Part shown: piece after piece, positions 1 to 10,462 of the stretch
Layout of the letters: every line of letters starts with the position of its first letter
How positions within the stretch are numbered: position 1 is the stretch's first letter
Origin: Deferribacterales bacterium
GTDB lineage: Bacteria; Chrysiogenota; Deferribacteres; Deferribacterales; Geovibrionaceae
Direction: 5' to 3'
Length of the DNA stretch: 64,000 bases
Assembly: GCA_050251945.1 (NCBI GenBank)
Contig: JBFWLW010000002.1
Span: 64,001 to 128,000, forward strand
Notes under the pieces: generated by a model
Databases searched by the model: none
Told to the model about the DNA's origin: nothing
The model's input: the letters and a program-made list of their open reading frames with translations, nothing else
Made by a program: the position numbers and the translations under genes

Positions 1-1191
1 CCGCTGAAGTTTCAGGCTAACACTCTGGGCGTGCTGGCTGTGGACAAGTTCAGTTCGCGCATGAACAGCGTCACAACAGAGGTCGAGATACTCAAGATGA
101 TCGCAAACCTCATCGCATCCTTTCTGTATAAAAACGAATTTTTCGAGAACGAACTCTCAATGGTTCAGGATGAAAAAATACGCATAGAGGCGGAAAACCT
201 GAGCCTCATTAACGAAATAAAATCAAAATACAGCTTTAAAGGTCTTGCGGGAACAAGCAAGCTCATGGAAAAAGTATTCGATAAAATAACAATGGTAACA
301 AACACCTCCGCATCCGTGCTTATCCGCGGCGAAAGCGGAACTGGAAAAGAGGTTGTCGCCAAAACCGTACACTATAACAGCGACAGAAGCTCAAAGCCTT
401 TTGTGGCGGTGAACTGCGCCGCGATACCTTCAGACCTTATAGAGAGCGAGCTTTTCGGATACGCAAAGGGTGCTTTTGCGGGGGCATCTGCCGAGAAAAA
501 AGGGAAATTTGAGCAGGCGGAGGGCGGAACAGTATTTCTGGACGAAGTGGGCGACATGCCCATGGAGGCACAGAGCAAGCTTCTGCGTGTTTTGCAGGAC
601 AAAACCATCGAAAAGCTCGGAACCGTTGAAAGCACAAAGGTTGACGTGCGGATACTGGCGGCTACAAATAAAAATCTGGAAGAGGCTGTTCAGGCAGGTA
701 AATTCCGTCTCGACCTGTATTACAGACTGAACGTATTCACCATAGACCTTCCCCCTCTGCGCAAGCGGAAAGAGGATATTCCGGTCATCTGCGAGGTGAT
801 CCTCGGAAAGCTCAACACATCATACGGCAAAAACTACACTCTGGACGCGAGCACAGTGGCGGCGTTGTCCCACTGCAACTGGCCCGGAAACATCCGCGAA
901 CTTGAGAACTGCCTCGAACGCGCCGCGCTGACAGCAGGCGACGGACTCATAAAAACCGAACATATCTCCTGCTCACGGGGCGATTTCTGCCTTTCACACG
1001 TCATCGGCGAAGAATGTCCCGAAGGGGGCGAACCCATTGCTGACGAAGGCAATTCAGACAAGACTCAGCTTCTCCTCGCCCTGCAGAAAGCAGGATGGGT
1101 TCAGGCGAAAGCCGCCCGCATGCTGAACATGACCGTCCGTCAGGTCAACTACCGCATCGCCAAATACGGCATCGAAGTCAAAAAGATATAG
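1..1191 (+). CDS. nifA: NifA-like sigma54-dependent transcriptional activator (GAF tail, AAA+, HTH); 5' end outside window
   Basis: Frame open from base 1; Walker A GESGTGKE, ELFGY.KGAF(A)GA, Walker B FLDEVG, RLDLYYRL, WPGNIREL; Cys-containing linker; NifA-typical C-terminus GWVQAKAARMLNMTVRQVNYRI. Symbol tentative. Confidence 0.75.
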   Translation, partial: PLKFQANTLGVLAVDKFSSRMNSVTTEVEILKMIANLIASFLYKNEFFENELSMVQDEKIRIEAENLSLINEIKSKYSFKGLAGTSKLMEKVFDKITMVTNTSASVLIRGESGTGKEVVAKTVHYNSDRSSKPFVAVNCAAIPSDLIESELFGYAKGAFAGASAEKKGKFEQAEGGTVFLDEVGDMPMEAQSKLLRVLQDKTIEKLGTVESTKVDVRILAATNKNLEEAVQAGKFRLDLYYRLNVFTIDLPPLRKRKEDIPVICEVILGKLNTSYGKNYTLDASTVAALSHCNWPGNIRELENCLERAALTAGDGLIKTEHISCSRGDFCLSHVIGEECPEGGEPIADEGNSDKTQLLLALQKAGWVQAKAARMLNMTVRQVNYRIAKYGIEVKKI

Positions 1192-1202
1192 ACCGCGCGT
1201 TA

Positions 1203-2510
1203 TCACTGCTCTTTAAGCGACATCGCGAATCTGTTCATAAAAGGACGTACCAGATATTCCATAAACGTCCGTTCGCCCGTCTTTATGATAACCTCCACAG
1301 GCATCCCAGCCTGCAATCTGTTCACCGAACCTAATTTTACAAGCTCTTTCTCCGGTATGCGTATCTGGCAGATATAATATGACCTGCCGGAATTCTGCTC
1401 AAGGAAAACGTCGGGAGAGATCATAATGACCTCGCCGAACAGCGAAGGGGTTTTGTGGATATCCAGTGCCGATATGCGCACCTCCGACTGTAACCCCGCC
1501 CGCACGGAATCTATGTCTCTGGGGGATATTTCCGCCTGAACGATAAGTGCCTCGTGCATGGGCGCAATGTCCATTATCTTCTGCCCGGGTGTAATTACGC
1601 TGCCTGCGTTATGCACGGCAAGACCGAGGACAATGCCCTCTTCCGGAGCCTTTATTATCATGGATTCATGGTTGATGAGCGCGGCGTTGTATTCTTCCTT
1701 AAGTCCTGCGATGCGCTTCTGGACGTCCGTAAGTGCGGTTTCGACGTCTTTACTGAACTCGCTGTCCACCTGAAGCATTTTAAGGTCGAGTTCGGAAAGA
1801 TTACGTCTGGTGCGTTCAATGGTGGCAAGCTCTTCACTGCGCGTTGCCTCCATCCCCTGCAGATTCTGCTGGAGTTCTATCATCTTGTTTTTAGGATAAT
1901 AGCCTTCGTCTGCGATGGTTCTGACGGATTCTATCTCTTTTTCAAGCAGAGCCACCTGCCTTTTTCTGGATGCGGCAAGCTGTTCCATCTGTGCAACATA
2001 GTCTATAACGCCATGTTTCTGGTTCATCAGAATCCGCTTTTCGTTCATGACCGAATCTCTGCGTTTTCTGAAAAGGTCATTCTGGGTTCTGATCATATCA
2101 ATGACCTCAGGGTCTGACGCCGCGTCTTTAAGCACCTTCGGATATTCTATTGATGATCTGCCCAGCCTTTCCGCCGTCAGTCTGGACTCAAGTGCGAGGT
2201 TGGTGTAATAGTCCGAACGAACGCCGCTCAGTTTCGCATTTGTAACGGAATCGTCCAGTTTCATGAGAACCTGTCCGGATTTCACGCTGCTGCCCTCTTT
2301 CACCAATATTTCCTGAACAGTTCCGCCGTAAAGGTGTTGAACTGTCTTGCGTTTATCGACAAAAGCAAGAGTACCCGGCGCAACCACCCCCTGACTAAGC
2401 GGGGCTGTGAACGCCCACATGCCGAAAAATCCAAGCCCGATGATAAGCACCGCAAGCCCTATATAGATAAATCTTCTGGAATCTTTTCTTATATTATTGT
2501 CAATATTCAT
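1203..2510 (-). CDS. Type I secretion membrane fusion protein (HlyD/PrtE/AprE family)
   Basis: N-terminal TM helix, KTVQHLYGGTV lipoyl-like motif, long coiled coil, C-terminal LQAGMPVEVIIKTGERTFMEYLVRP. Confidence 0.95.
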   Translation of the reverse strand: MNIDNNIRKDSRRFIYIGLAVLIIGLGFFGMWAFTAPLSQGVVAPGTLAFVDKRKTVQHLYGGTVQEILVKEGSSVKSGQVLMKLDDSVTNAKLSGVRSDYYTNLALESRLTAERLGRSSIEYPKVLKDAASDPEVIDMIRTQNDLFRKRRDSVMNEKRILMNQKHGVIDYVAQMEQLAASRKRQVALLEKEIESVRTIADEGYYPKNKMIELQQNLQGMEATRSEELATIERTRRNLSELDLKMLQVDSEFSKDVETALTDVQKRIAGLKEEYNAALINHESMIIKAPEEGIVLGLAVHNAGSVITPGQKIMDIAPMHEALIVQAEISPRDIDSVRAGLQSEVRISALDIHKTPSLFGEVIMISPDVFLEQNSGRSYYICQIRIPEKELVKLGSVNRLQAGMPVEVIIKTGERTFMEYLVRPFMNRFAMSLKEQ

Positions 2511-2521
2511 GTTTATCCGCC

Positions 2522-4252
2522 TTAGACTGCTTTTGTATGCATAACTTTCGCCTGCATACCGCTGCGCACTGTGTCCATTATCTCCTGCTTTGGTCCGTAC
2601 ATCTGGATAGTTCCGCTGTTAAGCACCATTATCTTATCCGCTACGGAGAGCACAGGCGTTCTGTGTGTGATAACGAATATGGTCTTGTTCATGGCTTTCA
2701 GTCTTTTCAAAGCCTCCACAAGCGCCATTTCACCCGGTTCATCAAGGTTTGAGTTCGGTTCGTCCAGAACCAGAAGAACCGGATCGTCATAAACCGCTCT
2801 GGCAAGTGCGATGCGCTGGCGCTGTCCGCCGGAAAGCACTGTTCCACCCTCGCCGATATAGGTTTCATACCCTTCGGGAAGTGCCAGTATCATCTCGTGT
2901 ACGCCAGCCATTTTTGCCGCAGCGACTATCTTTTCAGGATCCAGTTCGCCGAAACGGGCAATATTCTGGGCAACCGTACCTTCGAGAAGCTCAATATCCT
3001 GCGGCAGATAACCGATATATTTGCCCATCTCGCTCTTATCCCATTTTGATACATCAGCGCCGCCGAGCCGCATATCGCCGACAACAGGCTGCCATATGCC
3101 CACCAGAACCCTCGCCAGCGAAGATTTACCCGAAGCGCTGGGTCCCAGAACAGCCACAAGGTCGCCCGCGGGAGTTTCAAAGTTTATGTTTTTAAGTACC
3201 TGTATGTTCGCACCGGGAGGCGTCGCTATGATGCCTTTCGCGGAAACCGCGCCTGCAGGTCTGGGCAGTTTCATCTTTTCACCCGTCTCAGGGAAACTGT
3301 CGAAAAGTTCGCCCAGCTTGTGGTATGAGTTCCTTGCGGAAACAAAGCCCTTCCACGACGAAGTTATCATCTCAACGGGTGCAAGCGCCCTGCCCATAAG
3401 TATTGAGCCGGCTATCATGGCGCCTGCCGTCAGATCCATGTTTATAACGTAATAAGCACCGACGGCATAGACCATCGACTGTGCGGATATCCTTATGAAC
3501 CTCGTCAGCGCGTTTATTCCCGCCGCGCGTTCACTTGCCACACTCTGCAGCTTCATAAAGGCAAGATGCTTCGGAAGCCATTGTCTGCGGACGTTCTCAA
3601 GCATCCCCATAGAGTCTATGACCTCCGCGTTGCGGAAGTTTGTCGTGGCAAACATGGTAGCCCTGCGGAAATTTATATTGGCCTCTTCAATGGGTTTCTT
3701 ACTCATATATTCTGTCAGAACTGTCAGAAGTATAAGCAGTATCGCCGCGCACGTGGCGAGAACACCAAGCGCAGGATGTAAAAGATAAATAACTATCAGA
3801 TATATAGGCGACCACGGAGCGTCAAGGAACGCGAAAAGCCCGTGTCCTGTCAGAAACTGTCTGACAGCAGTGACATCCTGAAAAATCTGTGAAGCCGCAC
3901 CCGAACCGCTTTTAAGCGCGTTTTCAAAAGCCACCGCAAACGCTCTGCCGGAAAGGGTTTCATCCATGCGGTTTCCCGCAACTATCATTATCTGCGAACG
4001 CACCCATTCCATCGCCGCAAGCACAACGAACATAAACAGTGTAATGAGGGTTATGACAAGGAGCGTCTCCTTGTTGCGGCTGGTGAGGACGCGGTCATAT
4101 ATCTGCAGCATATAGATCGACGGGACGAGCATCAGCATGTTTATCACGAAGCTGAAACCCGCAAGCGCAATGAATGTGCGTTTGAAACCCATCAGTATGT
4201 TTTTCAGTTCTCCAGCGGGAATCCCGCCCGGCATATGCCTTTTGTTGTTCAT
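2522..4252 (-). CDS. Type I secretion ABC transporter, PrtD/AprD/RsaD type (no C39-like domain)
   Basis: INMLMLVPSIYMLQIYDRVL start motif, Walker A GPSASGKS, LSGGQRQR, LDEPNSNLD; start placed at ATG 4252 overlapping the TolC stop (TGATG). Confidence 0.95.
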   Translation of the reverse strand: MNNKRHMPGGIPAGELKNILMGFKRTFIALAGFSFVINMLMLVPSIYMLQIYDRVLTSRNKETLLVITLITLFMFVVLAAMEWVRSQIMIVAGNRMDETLSGRAFAVAFENALKSGSGAASQIFQDVTAVRQFLTGHGLFAFLDAPWSPIYLIVIYLLHPALGVLATCAAILLILLTVLTEYMSKKPIEEANINFRRATMFATTNFRNAEVIDSMGMLENVRRQWLPKHLAFMKLQSVASERAAGINALTRFIRISAQSMVYAVGAYYVINMDLTAGAMIAGSILMGRALAPVEMITSSWKGFVSARNSYHKLGELFDSFPETGEKMKLPRPAGAVSAKGIIATPPGANIQVLKNINFETPAGDLVAVLGPSASGKSSLARVLVGIWQPVVGDMRLGGADVSKWDKSEMGKYIGYLPQDIELLEGTVAQNIARFGELDPEKIVAAAKMAGVHEMILALPEGYETYIGEGGTVLSGGQRQRIALARAVYDDPVLLVLDEPNSNLDEPGEMALVEALKRLKAMNKTIFVITHRTPVLSVADKIMVLNSGTIQMYGPKQEIMDTVRSGMQAKVMHTKAV

Positions 4253-5556
4253 CAGTTCACCTTGCATTCAGAGTTTATGAGCGATTCCAGAAAATCCACA
4301 TCTGCGGGCATAAGCACGCCCGCATAGTATTTAAGGTCAATATATCCTGTAAAGTATTCATATTTTGCCTGCAAAAGCCTTGAGAGGGCATCGAACATGT
4401 TGTTCTGGGCATTTATGACATCCACAAGGGTGACAACGCCAGCCGCCATGCTCTTTTTGTTCGATTCATAGGCGAGAGTGTTTGATGCTGCCGTCCTTTC
4501 CAGAGCAGCTATCTTCGCCTTGCTGCCCAGAAGGGACGTATATTTTTCAGATACGTTCTTTTTCATCTCGTTCACGGCAGTGTTCATGTCGCTTACGGAC
4601 TGATAGAATCTTTCTTTATTTTCCATAACTTTGGCGGATGTGTAGCCGCCGTTGAATATCGGCACGGACAACTGAGCGCCTACGCTTTTATAAATAGTTT
4701 CGGTGCTTTTGATGTTGCTGACCTGATCGGATCTCCTGTAGGTTGCGATAAGATTAAGCGTGGGGATATGCTGGGTTCTGGCTATTTTCACGCTTTCGTC
4801 AGCATATCTGCTCTGTGCCTTGTAATATTTAACTTCACTGCTGTTCTGCATGGCGGTTCCGATCCAGCTTTCGAGGTTGCCTATGTCGTGGTCGGCATAG
4901 CTGAACCCCTGACCCAGACAGCGGATGCCCTCTATCTTTCCGGAGATGGATTCCAGTTCCACCATATTGTTCAGATATGCGTTCTCCGCGTTTACAATGT
5001 CATATTCAGCAGTGTCAAGATTCGCCTGCGCTTCGTGTACGTTCGTAACGGCGGCTATACCTGCGCGGTACATCTTTTCCGCCTGAACGAGCTGTTCCTG
5101 CGCACCCTGTTTTTTAGATTTCATCAGGTCAATGTTATCCTTGGCAAACAAAACGTTCATGTATGCAGTCACCACCCGCACAATGAGATTTGACTCGGCG
5201 GATTTCAGCTTCGCACCGGATGATTGGAGCGTATATTTACTCTGTCCGTGCTGCAGATATTTGCCCATATCAAAAACGGGCTGAACCAGATTCACCGTAA
5301 GTTCTTTTGTATCGTAATCCCCGTATCTGTCCGTGTCATATTTCAGCGCCGTATACTGACCCGAAAGGTTCGGCAAAAGCCCGGCTCTCGTCTGTTTCCG
5401 CACCGCCTCGGCAGATTTCTGATAGTGCTGCGCGGACTGGAGGATACTGTCGTTTTCAAGGGCGCGGTCATACGCCTCCTTTATTCCTGTGTCCGCATAG
5501 GCAAAACCCGCCGAAAGTACGGACGACACTACCAAACCGGCAATTAACCTCTTCAT
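4252..5556 (-). CDS. TolC-family outer membrane channel of the T1SS
   Basis: Signal peptide (AYA|D), two OEP repeats (LVQPVFD, LSVPIFNGG), adjacent to ABC and MFP genes. Confidence 0.92.
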   Translation of the reverse strand: MKRLIAGLVVSSVLSAGFAYADTGIKEAYDRALENDSILQSAQHYQKSAEAVRKQTRAGLLPNLSGQYTALKYDTDRYGDYDTKELTVNLVQPVFDMGKYLQHGQSKYTLQSSGAKLKSAESNLIVRVVTAYMNVLFAKDNIDLMKSKKQGAQEQLVQAEKMYRAGIAAVTNVHEAQANLDTAEYDIVNAENAYLNNMVELESISGKIEGIRCLGQGFSYADHDIGNLESWIGTAMQNSSEVKYYKAQSRYADESVKIARTQHIPTLNLIATYRRSDQVSNIKSTETIYKSVGAQLSVPIFNGGYTSAKVMENKERFYQSVSDMNTAVNEMKKNVSEKYTSLLGSKAKIAALERTAASNTLAYESNKKSMAAGVVTLVDVINAQNNMFDALSRLLQAKYEYFTGYIDLKYYAGVLMPADVDFLESLINSECKVN

Positions 5557-5561
5557 AACCG

Positions 5562-8219
5562 TTACCCCTCTGTTATATCCAATTTATTTCTGAGCATTTC
5601 TGCGCTTTCAAACCATGTCAGATATTCTATTCCGCCGCTGTCAGGGTGTTCGCCGCGGTCGTAAAGCCCAAGCCACCGTTTAACACTCTCTGCAAGTCCC
5701 GAAGCCGTAAGACCTTCAAAATAGAAGGCATTGCCGCCCGCAACCTCACGGAATACAGGAATGTCCCTCAACAGAAGGGGTATCCCTCTCTGCGCCGCCT
5801 CTATCAGCGGCAGTCCGAACCCTTCCCCGAAGCTTGCCGAAAGGAGACATACCGAAGCTCCGTACAGGCTGTTCAAATATTCATCACTGGCATTCTCTAT
5901 CCAGAAAATGCCACTGCCGAAGTGTCTGCTGTTGCGTATGGCGCGTACCGCCTCGTCCGCCATCCAGCCGAACCGTCCTGCAATTACAAGCCTGACATCC
6001 GCTCCACCGTCCAGAAGCACATCGAACGCCTTCACCGCCTGATAATGCCCTTTGCGCGGTTCCACAGTCCCGACCATCAGAAAAGTTTTTACAGCCCTGC
6101 ATCCTTCTGTAAAGCTTCCGGCATCGTCCGGCAGACCGCCTGTGGGTACCGAAGCCTCAATGTCGGCACCGAGATGAAACCAGTCCGCCTTTGCGGATGC
6201 ATCCGGCACATTCAAAACCAGCCATTCTTCAAGCTCGTCCGCCACTGCCTTTGATATGCAGAAAAGTTTTTCCGCAGATTTTCCAATGGCACATAACCAG
6301 TCCGCGTGCGTCCCAGCCGCATGATGCGGAAAGAACTGGGGAAATTTCAGAGGCAGAAGGTCGTACACGATAAAATGAATCCTCGCACCCCTCTCCCGCC
6401 ATTCCATAAAAAGCCCGTCGCGGTAAGCCTCATAAACTTTGACCGAATCAAAATCCGCACCCAGAAAAATATCGTTCTGGTTGGGTTCTATTATATCCCC
6501 CGCCTCATCAATATCCGTAAGTTCCCTGAGGCAGGGTTTTTCATCAAATTCATCCATTAGCTTCAAAAGATATTCCGGCGCCTTTCTGTAGCATCTGCGA
6601 CCGCCCGCCGAGGAGATGTAAACAGGCACAACTTTGTATGCGGACACAAAATCCAGCGCAAACGAACGCAAAAGCGAACGAACCACCCGCTGAATCCCTG
6701 TTCTGTGGTCTGTGTGCCAGATAACCGAGATATCAAAGTATATATTATTACGTCCGACAGCGCTCCGGCAGTGCATCACCGCCTTTGAAAGCTGTTCAAG
6801 CGCCGCGTCGTCCATAGTTTTTATCTTCTGCTCCGCCTTCTTAAGAAACTCTTCAAAGTGCGTGTCCGTGTCCTGCGTATACAGGCTCTCAAGTTCACCG
6901 CAGATCAGCCTGCCCACAGCGGACGGGGTCAACCCTGCCGCATGGTTTCTGCCTTTTTCACCCAGCCGTTGACGAAGCTGTCTGTCCCCTTTCAGAAGAA
7001 GCACGGCATTTGCAAGCTCGTCATCGGAAAATTCTGCATTGAGCATGAAAACGCTGTCATCAGGCAGTCCGCTCATGGCACCGCCGCCGCCCACTATAGC
7101 GGGTACGCCGTATGCCATGCAGTCCAGAACGGCGCGGGAGGTTTCACCCCTGCCCGCCTTTCTGAGCTGAACGGCAATATCCGCGGCATTCAGATAAAGC
7201 GCGTATGTCCCGTCGTCAACACTGCCCGTAACGCACGCATCCGCCATTTTCTCCGCATACGCAGCTTCCATACATCCGCCCACGAATACGGTCGTAACAT
7301 CCGGTATTCCGTTTAGCACGGACGCGAGCCTGTCACAGTATTTAAGCTCCGTCACATGCCCGAACGAGCACACCAGAAAAGCATCCTGCGCAATGCCCAG
7401 CTTTTCGCGTGCATCCCGCCTGTTAATAAGTTCGGGTAAAGAATGTACCTGCGGAACAACCCGCGTTCTCTCCGAATATTCCTGACCGAAGAACTTCTGC
7501 GACAGATATTTGGCATATTCCGAATGAACAAGCACTCCGACGCTTCCTGCAAAAAACTCCCTGCAGGAAGGCAGTTTCTCCATCGCCGCCTCGTGTCCTT
7601 CCCGTGCAAGAAGATTCAGTCCCGCAAGTCCGTGGGAGAACAGCACCGCCTCCGTATGGAAGTCGGACGCGTGTTCCATATACTGCATCCACGCGGCAAA
7701 ATGCCCGAGGAATATCTCGTGCAGAACGGTGACGCCCGGATAATTCCTCATAAGACGCGGCATGTGCGCGTGATATCCTGAGTTTCCCATCTGATAAAGC
7801 ACACGGTCATAGCGTCTGTAATTCTTTTTAAAATACGAAACGCTTCTGACAGCGCATCCGTCGGGAATATCCGACGCATCGGTCTGGTCTGTGATAAGCT
7901 CAACCCTGTAATGCTCTTTAAGCCCCTCTGCAAGCTCTACCGTATACTTCGCTATACCAGTTTTAAGCGGAGGGAGAGGTGAAACAATCGCCAGCAGTTT
8001 TCCGCCGCCTGCAACATTCACTTTCGGCGTAGTCATCAGTGCTTCCGCGTAATCCGCAAGCTCCGGAACACCTATATCTTTAATGGCGAGAAGTCTGTCC
8101 CACGCGACCTTTCCGCGCAGTTGCTCCCTTATGCCCGCCGGGTCTTTACCGTAATAAAGCACACGGACAGCACTCTCCGTCATATCGGTTTCATCATTCA
8201 GACGGACAAAATCTGTCAT
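5562..8219 (-). CDS. Multidomain glycosyltransferase with two GT4 (GT-B) modules, O-antigen/surface glycan synthesis
   Basis: VSPLPPLKTGIA..Y and GETSRAVLDCMAYGVP in module 1; TGIQRVVR, MVGTVEPRKGH, EGFGLPLIEAA in module 2. Confidence 0.88.
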   Translation of the reverse strand: MTDFVRLNDETDMTESAVRVLYYGKDPAGIREQLRGKVAWDRLLAIKDIGVPELADYAEALMTTPKVNVAGGGKLLAIVSPLPPLKTGIAKYTVELAEGLKEHYRVELITDQTDASDIPDGCAVRSVSYFKKNYRRYDRVLYQMGNSGYHAHMPRLMRNYPGVTVLHEIFLGHFAAWMQYMEHASDFHTEAVLFSHGLAGLNLLAREGHEAAMEKLPSCREFFAGSVGVLVHSEYAKYLSQKFFGQEYSERTRVVPQVHSLPELINRRDAREKLGIAQDAFLVCSFGHVTELKYCDRLASVLNGIPDVTTVFVGGCMEAAYAEKMADACVTGSVDDGTYALYLNAADIAVQLRKAGRGETSRAVLDCMAYGVPAIVGGGGAMSGLPDDSVFMLNAEFSDDELANAVLLLKGDRQLRQRLGEKGRNHAAGLTPSAVGRLICGELESLYTQDTDTHFEEFLKKAEQKIKTMDDAALEQLSKAVMHCRSAVGRNNIYFDISVIWHTDHRTGIQRVVRSLLRSFALDFVSAYKVVPVYISSAGGRRCYRKAPEYLLKLMDEFDEKPCLRELTDIDEAGDIIEPNQNDIFLGADFDSVKVYEAYRDGLFMEWRERGARIHFIVYDLLPLKFPQFFPHHAAGTHADWLCAIGKSAEKLFCISKAVADELEEWLVLNVPDASAKADWFHLGADIEASVPTGGLPDDAGSFTEGCRAVKTFLMVGTVEPRKGHYQAVKAFDVLLDGGADVRLVIAGRFGWMADEAVRAIRNSRHFGSGIFWIENASDEYLNSLYGASVCLLSASFGEGFGLPLIEAAQRGIPLLLRDIPVFREVAGGNAFYFEGLTASGLAESVKRWLGLYDRGEHPDSGGIEYLTWFESAEMLRNKLDITEG

Positions 8220-8431
8220 GTGCGCCCGCTTCTTATATCTTTCAGGCGTTTCAGCACACCCCTGCCGTCACGGCTGAGGGAGGGTTTAATGGACGGAATC
8301 CCAAGCCTCAGAAACATCTTTTCCGCGAGAACCTCAGGCACAATGGCGAAAAACACTCTTTTGCCGTACGGTATCCTGAAAATTATGCCGCATATGCGCC
8401 GCACCGCCGCTTTTATCGTCTGTTTATTCAT
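8216..8431 (-). CDS. Small basic hypothetical protein (71 aa), translationally coupled on both sides
   Basis: ATG 8431 overlaps the wzt end (ATGAATAA); stop overlaps GT start (ATGA); fills the gap exactly. Confidence 0.55.
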   Translation of the reverse strand: MNKQTIKAAVRRICGIIFRIPYGKRVFFAIVPEVLAEKMFLRLGIPSIKPSLSRDGRGVLKRLKDIRSGRT

Positions 8432-9641
8432 ATTCTGTCTCAATCTCTGAAGGGACGTAGCTGTGCCCCTCGAAATGCGTTCTGTCAGTGTTTACGGTTT
8501 CAAACATCATGGCGAAATCGCGCCATTCAAAATTGAGGTCAAGATGGGTCATCCCGCCTGAAAGCGCAGTTGAAACAGAATAACTGCCCACGCCGATATC
8601 CGCCCTGAAGCGCACTCTGAAAATCAGTCTGTCGCTCTTCTTAACGTTGAGCGTCTGCCCTGTGAACCATGTGTTAGTGCCGTAAACCGTCTGCCCCAGT
8701 CTGTCTTTCAGCATATAGCCGAACACCAGCCCGTCTATGTCTTCATAAACTTCCGCTCTCACGCGGAGTTCATACTGTCTGCCCACGTGCAGAAGTGTCA
8801 CAGGGGTTCCTTCACTGTCGTATATTTCAACCGAAACACACTTTGCCCCGCCCGTACCGGATACTGTCTGCATCCGTCCGCCTGTTACGGCGGTCTGGCT
8901 CACTGCGGTGCCGCTGCGTTTCGCCATCAGTCCGTTGTAATAGTCCAGAACTTCCGAAGGTCTGCCGTCCATCACCAGCTTTCCGCCGTCCAGAAGCAGT
9001 ACGCGTCCGCAGATGCTCTGCATTGCCTGCCTGTCGTGAGAAACAAGCAGAACAGCAGTCCCATGGTTCAGAAACTCCCTTATCCTGCCGAAACTCTTGT
9101 GCTGAAAATAGGCGTCGCCCACTGACAGCGCCTCGTCCACCATAAGTATGTCAGGACGGAAAGCCGTTGCCGCCGCAAAGGCAAGCCGCGCCTGCATGCC
9201 GCTGGAATATATTCTTACAGGCTTGTCGAAATATCCGCCAAGCTCCGAAAACTCTTCAACAAAACTGACACCCTCTTTTATTGCTCCGGACTGAAAGCCG
9301 CTCATGGCAAGATACTGCGCGGCATTCTGCCTGCCTGTCAGGTCGGGATGAAACCCAAGCCCCAGTTCTATGATGGCAGACACTGTTCCGCTGTACTCGA
9401 TGGTTCCTTCGGTCTGCCGCGTCATGCCCGCTATCATCTTAAGCAATGTGCTTTTTCCGGCGCCGTTGTGTCCCGCTATGCCCACAGCCTCGCCTTTTTC
9501 AATGGTGAAGCTGACACCCTCAAGAACACGGCTGTCAGTATATCCGCCGCCTCCGGTGCCGAACCAAGAAAGCACACGCCGAAGACCGGAACCGTATGTA
9601 CGGTACACTTTTCCGGCATTCTGCACACTGAGCAGGCTCAC
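8424..9641 (-). CDS. wzt: Polysaccharide ABC exporter ATPase with C-terminal carbohydrate-binding (Wzt_C) domain
   Basis: GHNGAGKST, YSSGMQARLAF, DEALSVGDAYFQHK, C-terminal beta domain with GQTVYGTNT. Confidence 0.92.
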   Translation of the reverse strand: MSLLSVQNAGKVYRTYGSGLRRVLSWFGTGGGGYTDSRVLEGVSFTIEKGEAVGIAGHNGAGKSTLLKMIAGMTRQTEGTIEYSGTVSAIIELGLGFHPDLTGRQNAAQYLAMSGFQSGAIKEGVSFVEEFSELGGYFDKPVRIYSSGMQARLAFAAATAFRPDILMVDEALSVGDAYFQHKSFGRIREFLNHGTAVLLVSHDRQAMQSICGRVLLLDGGKLVMDGRPSEVLDYYNGLMAKRSGTAVSQTAVTGGRMQTVSGTGGAKCVSVEIYDSEGTPVTLLHVGRQYELRVRAEVYEDIDGLVFGYMLKDRLGQTVYGTNTWFTGQTLNVKKSDRLIFRVRFRADIGVGSYSVSTALSGGMTHLDLNFEWRDFAMMFETVNTDRTHFEGHSYVPSEIETEYE

Positions 9642-10423
9642 AGCACATCCGCCATCTCAGCCGCCGCTTTTCTGTGAAGCACCAATGAAAAGAATATCAG
9701 AACCAGCCCGAAAACCGCCGTGAACAGGACGGAAAACGGCTCCGGCTGCCTGCCGAAAACAAGCGCATCCTGAAATCCTGTAACAACCGGATACATGGGA
9801 TTGAGTTTCAGAAGATGCCTGTATGCGGCAGGAATAATGCTCTCCATATAAACCACAGGGGTGAGCCAGAACCAGAATTGCAGGACAACCTGCATCATAT
9901 GTTTGATATCTCTGATAAAAACATTAAGTATGCCGAGTATTGCGCCGAAACCGAGACCGAACAGCAAAGCCGCACCGTAGAGCGGAACAAGCCATAAGAC
10001 ATTCAAGGTGAGCGGTTGACCGATAAATGCGAACACTATGCCGACTGCCGCGATGAAAAGTACAGCGTTTATCAATGACGTCCCCACGGCTATCAGCGGC
10101 AGGGCGGCAGAGGGAAACGAAACTTTTTTGATGATGCCTGCGTTGTCGGTAAATACGTTAACACAGCCGAGGACAACGTCGGAGAAAAACGCCCAGCCGA
10201 GCGTTCCCGCAAGCAGATACGCCGCATATGAAACGCCGGAATTGCCCTTAGGGGAAAGAACGGAGGACAGGACAAGCGCATAGACCGCCGACTGGCAAAG
10301 GGGAGCTACCACGCCCCAAAGACCGCCGAGCCTGCTTCTGGCAAACTTCACCCGAAATCCCGTAATGACAGACCCTATTATAAAATATCTGAAACGCCAT
10401 ATCTGAAAAAAAGTATCTTTCAT
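9638..10423 (-). CDS. wzm: Polysaccharide ABC exporter permease
   Basis: ABC-2 permease motifs (KFARSRLGGLW, IIKKVSFP, RDIKHMM, FWLTPVVY, LNPM); start placed at ATG 10423 (MKDTFFQIW). Confidence 0.92.
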   Translation of the reverse strand: MKDTFFQIWRFRYFIIGSVITGFRVKFARSRLGGLWGVVAPLCQSAVYALVLSSVLSPKGNSGVSYAAYLLAGTLGWAFFSDVVLGCVNVFTDNAGIIKKVSFPSAALPLIAVGTSLINAVLFIAAVGIVFAFIGQPLTLNVLWLVPLYGAALLFGLGFGAILGILNVFIRDIKHMMQVVLQFWFWLTPVVYMESIIPAAYRHLLKLNPMYPVVTGFQDALVFGRQPEPFSVLFTAVFGLVLIFFSLVLHRKAAAEMADVL

Positions 10424-10462
10424 TTGTTCCCGCAAAGGCAAAAAATATTCAGCAGCGGCGAT

